From positions 72,602,001 to 72,666,000 of the forward strand of contig NC_042999.1 of assembly GCF_006345805.1 (NCBI RefSeq): a DNA stretch of 64,000 bases, given 5' to 3'. The DNA comes from Octopus sinensis (taxonomy: Eukaryota). The notes under the pieces were generated by a model. The model made no database searches and was not told the origin of the DNA. It worked only from the letters and a program-made list of their open reading frames with translations. Positions 63,571 to 64,000 of this stretch are shown here, in pieces (position 1 is the first letter of the stretch; the number at the start of each line of letters is the position of its first letter). The position numbers and the translations under genes are program-made.

Positions 63571-64000
63571 TGTAGGATCTTGCACGTGATCATTTAATCA
63601 ATATGAAATAGCAACCAAATCCCATTCAGATCCCACCCTACTGATCTATTGAAAGTACACTTTGGATGATATAGTCGTTCCCAGATCGACGATGCGTTAT
63701 GTTCTGGGGCAAACACTTTATTTAGCATTGTTTACTTCCAAGACTTGTACATCAATGAGCCAACGATCAAATCTCGATGTTGTCGTTAATACAGCAAGAA
63801 TCTAAGGTTTATTTTTTTAATTTTGGTTGTAGGATGGGTCTGTCCCAAATTAAATGCTAACATTTCAAAAAAGAAATTGGGTCAACTCTGGTTGAACAAA
63901 TCTTTGATTGGAAAGATTGCTGTTGTAATGCATTCCAGTTTTGTTTTTCAGTACTCTTACAAAGTTTATAGTTTGCTTTATTGCTTCATATTAGTAGGAC

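Overview
AT-rich, repeat-dominated eukaryotic DNA with one 100-N scaffold gap (58160-58259). The SINE families, microsatellite load and TE mix strongly suggest a coleoid cephalopod, most likely Octopus (inference from recognised repeats, not checked). The only host gene I can build with confidence is absent from the ORF track. It is a three-exon minus-strand gene (ATG-only first coding exon 12846-12848, exon 2 7608-7798, exon 3 4496-4580) with a TATA box and initiator, canonical GT-AG introns and matching phases. It encodes a 92-aa precursor with a signal peptide, an 8-cysteine core (C-x3-C-x6-C-x8-CC-x5-C-x4-C-x6-C) and an acidic tail, i.e. a candidate secreted toxin-, pheromone- or hormone-like peptide of a family I do not recognise. 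The rest is transposon-derived. It includes a 5'-truncated RTE-BovB LINE with a 67-bp target duplication; CR1, L1/Tx1, R4/Dong and decayed RTE fragments; six IS630-Tc1-mariner elements (one nested); non-autonomous Helitron-like elements; a Merlin-like fold-back element carrying telomeric repeats; several Penelope-like (RT/GIY-YIG) remnants; and four tRNA-derived SINE families. A recurring RNA theme is minimal type I hammerhead ribozymes. One has an intact core inside a ~290-nt hairpin (63282-63570), one sits in a ~300-nt direct-repeat unit whose boundary coincides with the predicted cleavage site (16579-16954), and several are decayed relics. All alignments, translations and folds were done by eye; TE and SINE boundaries are approximate unless a TSD or TIR is quoted.
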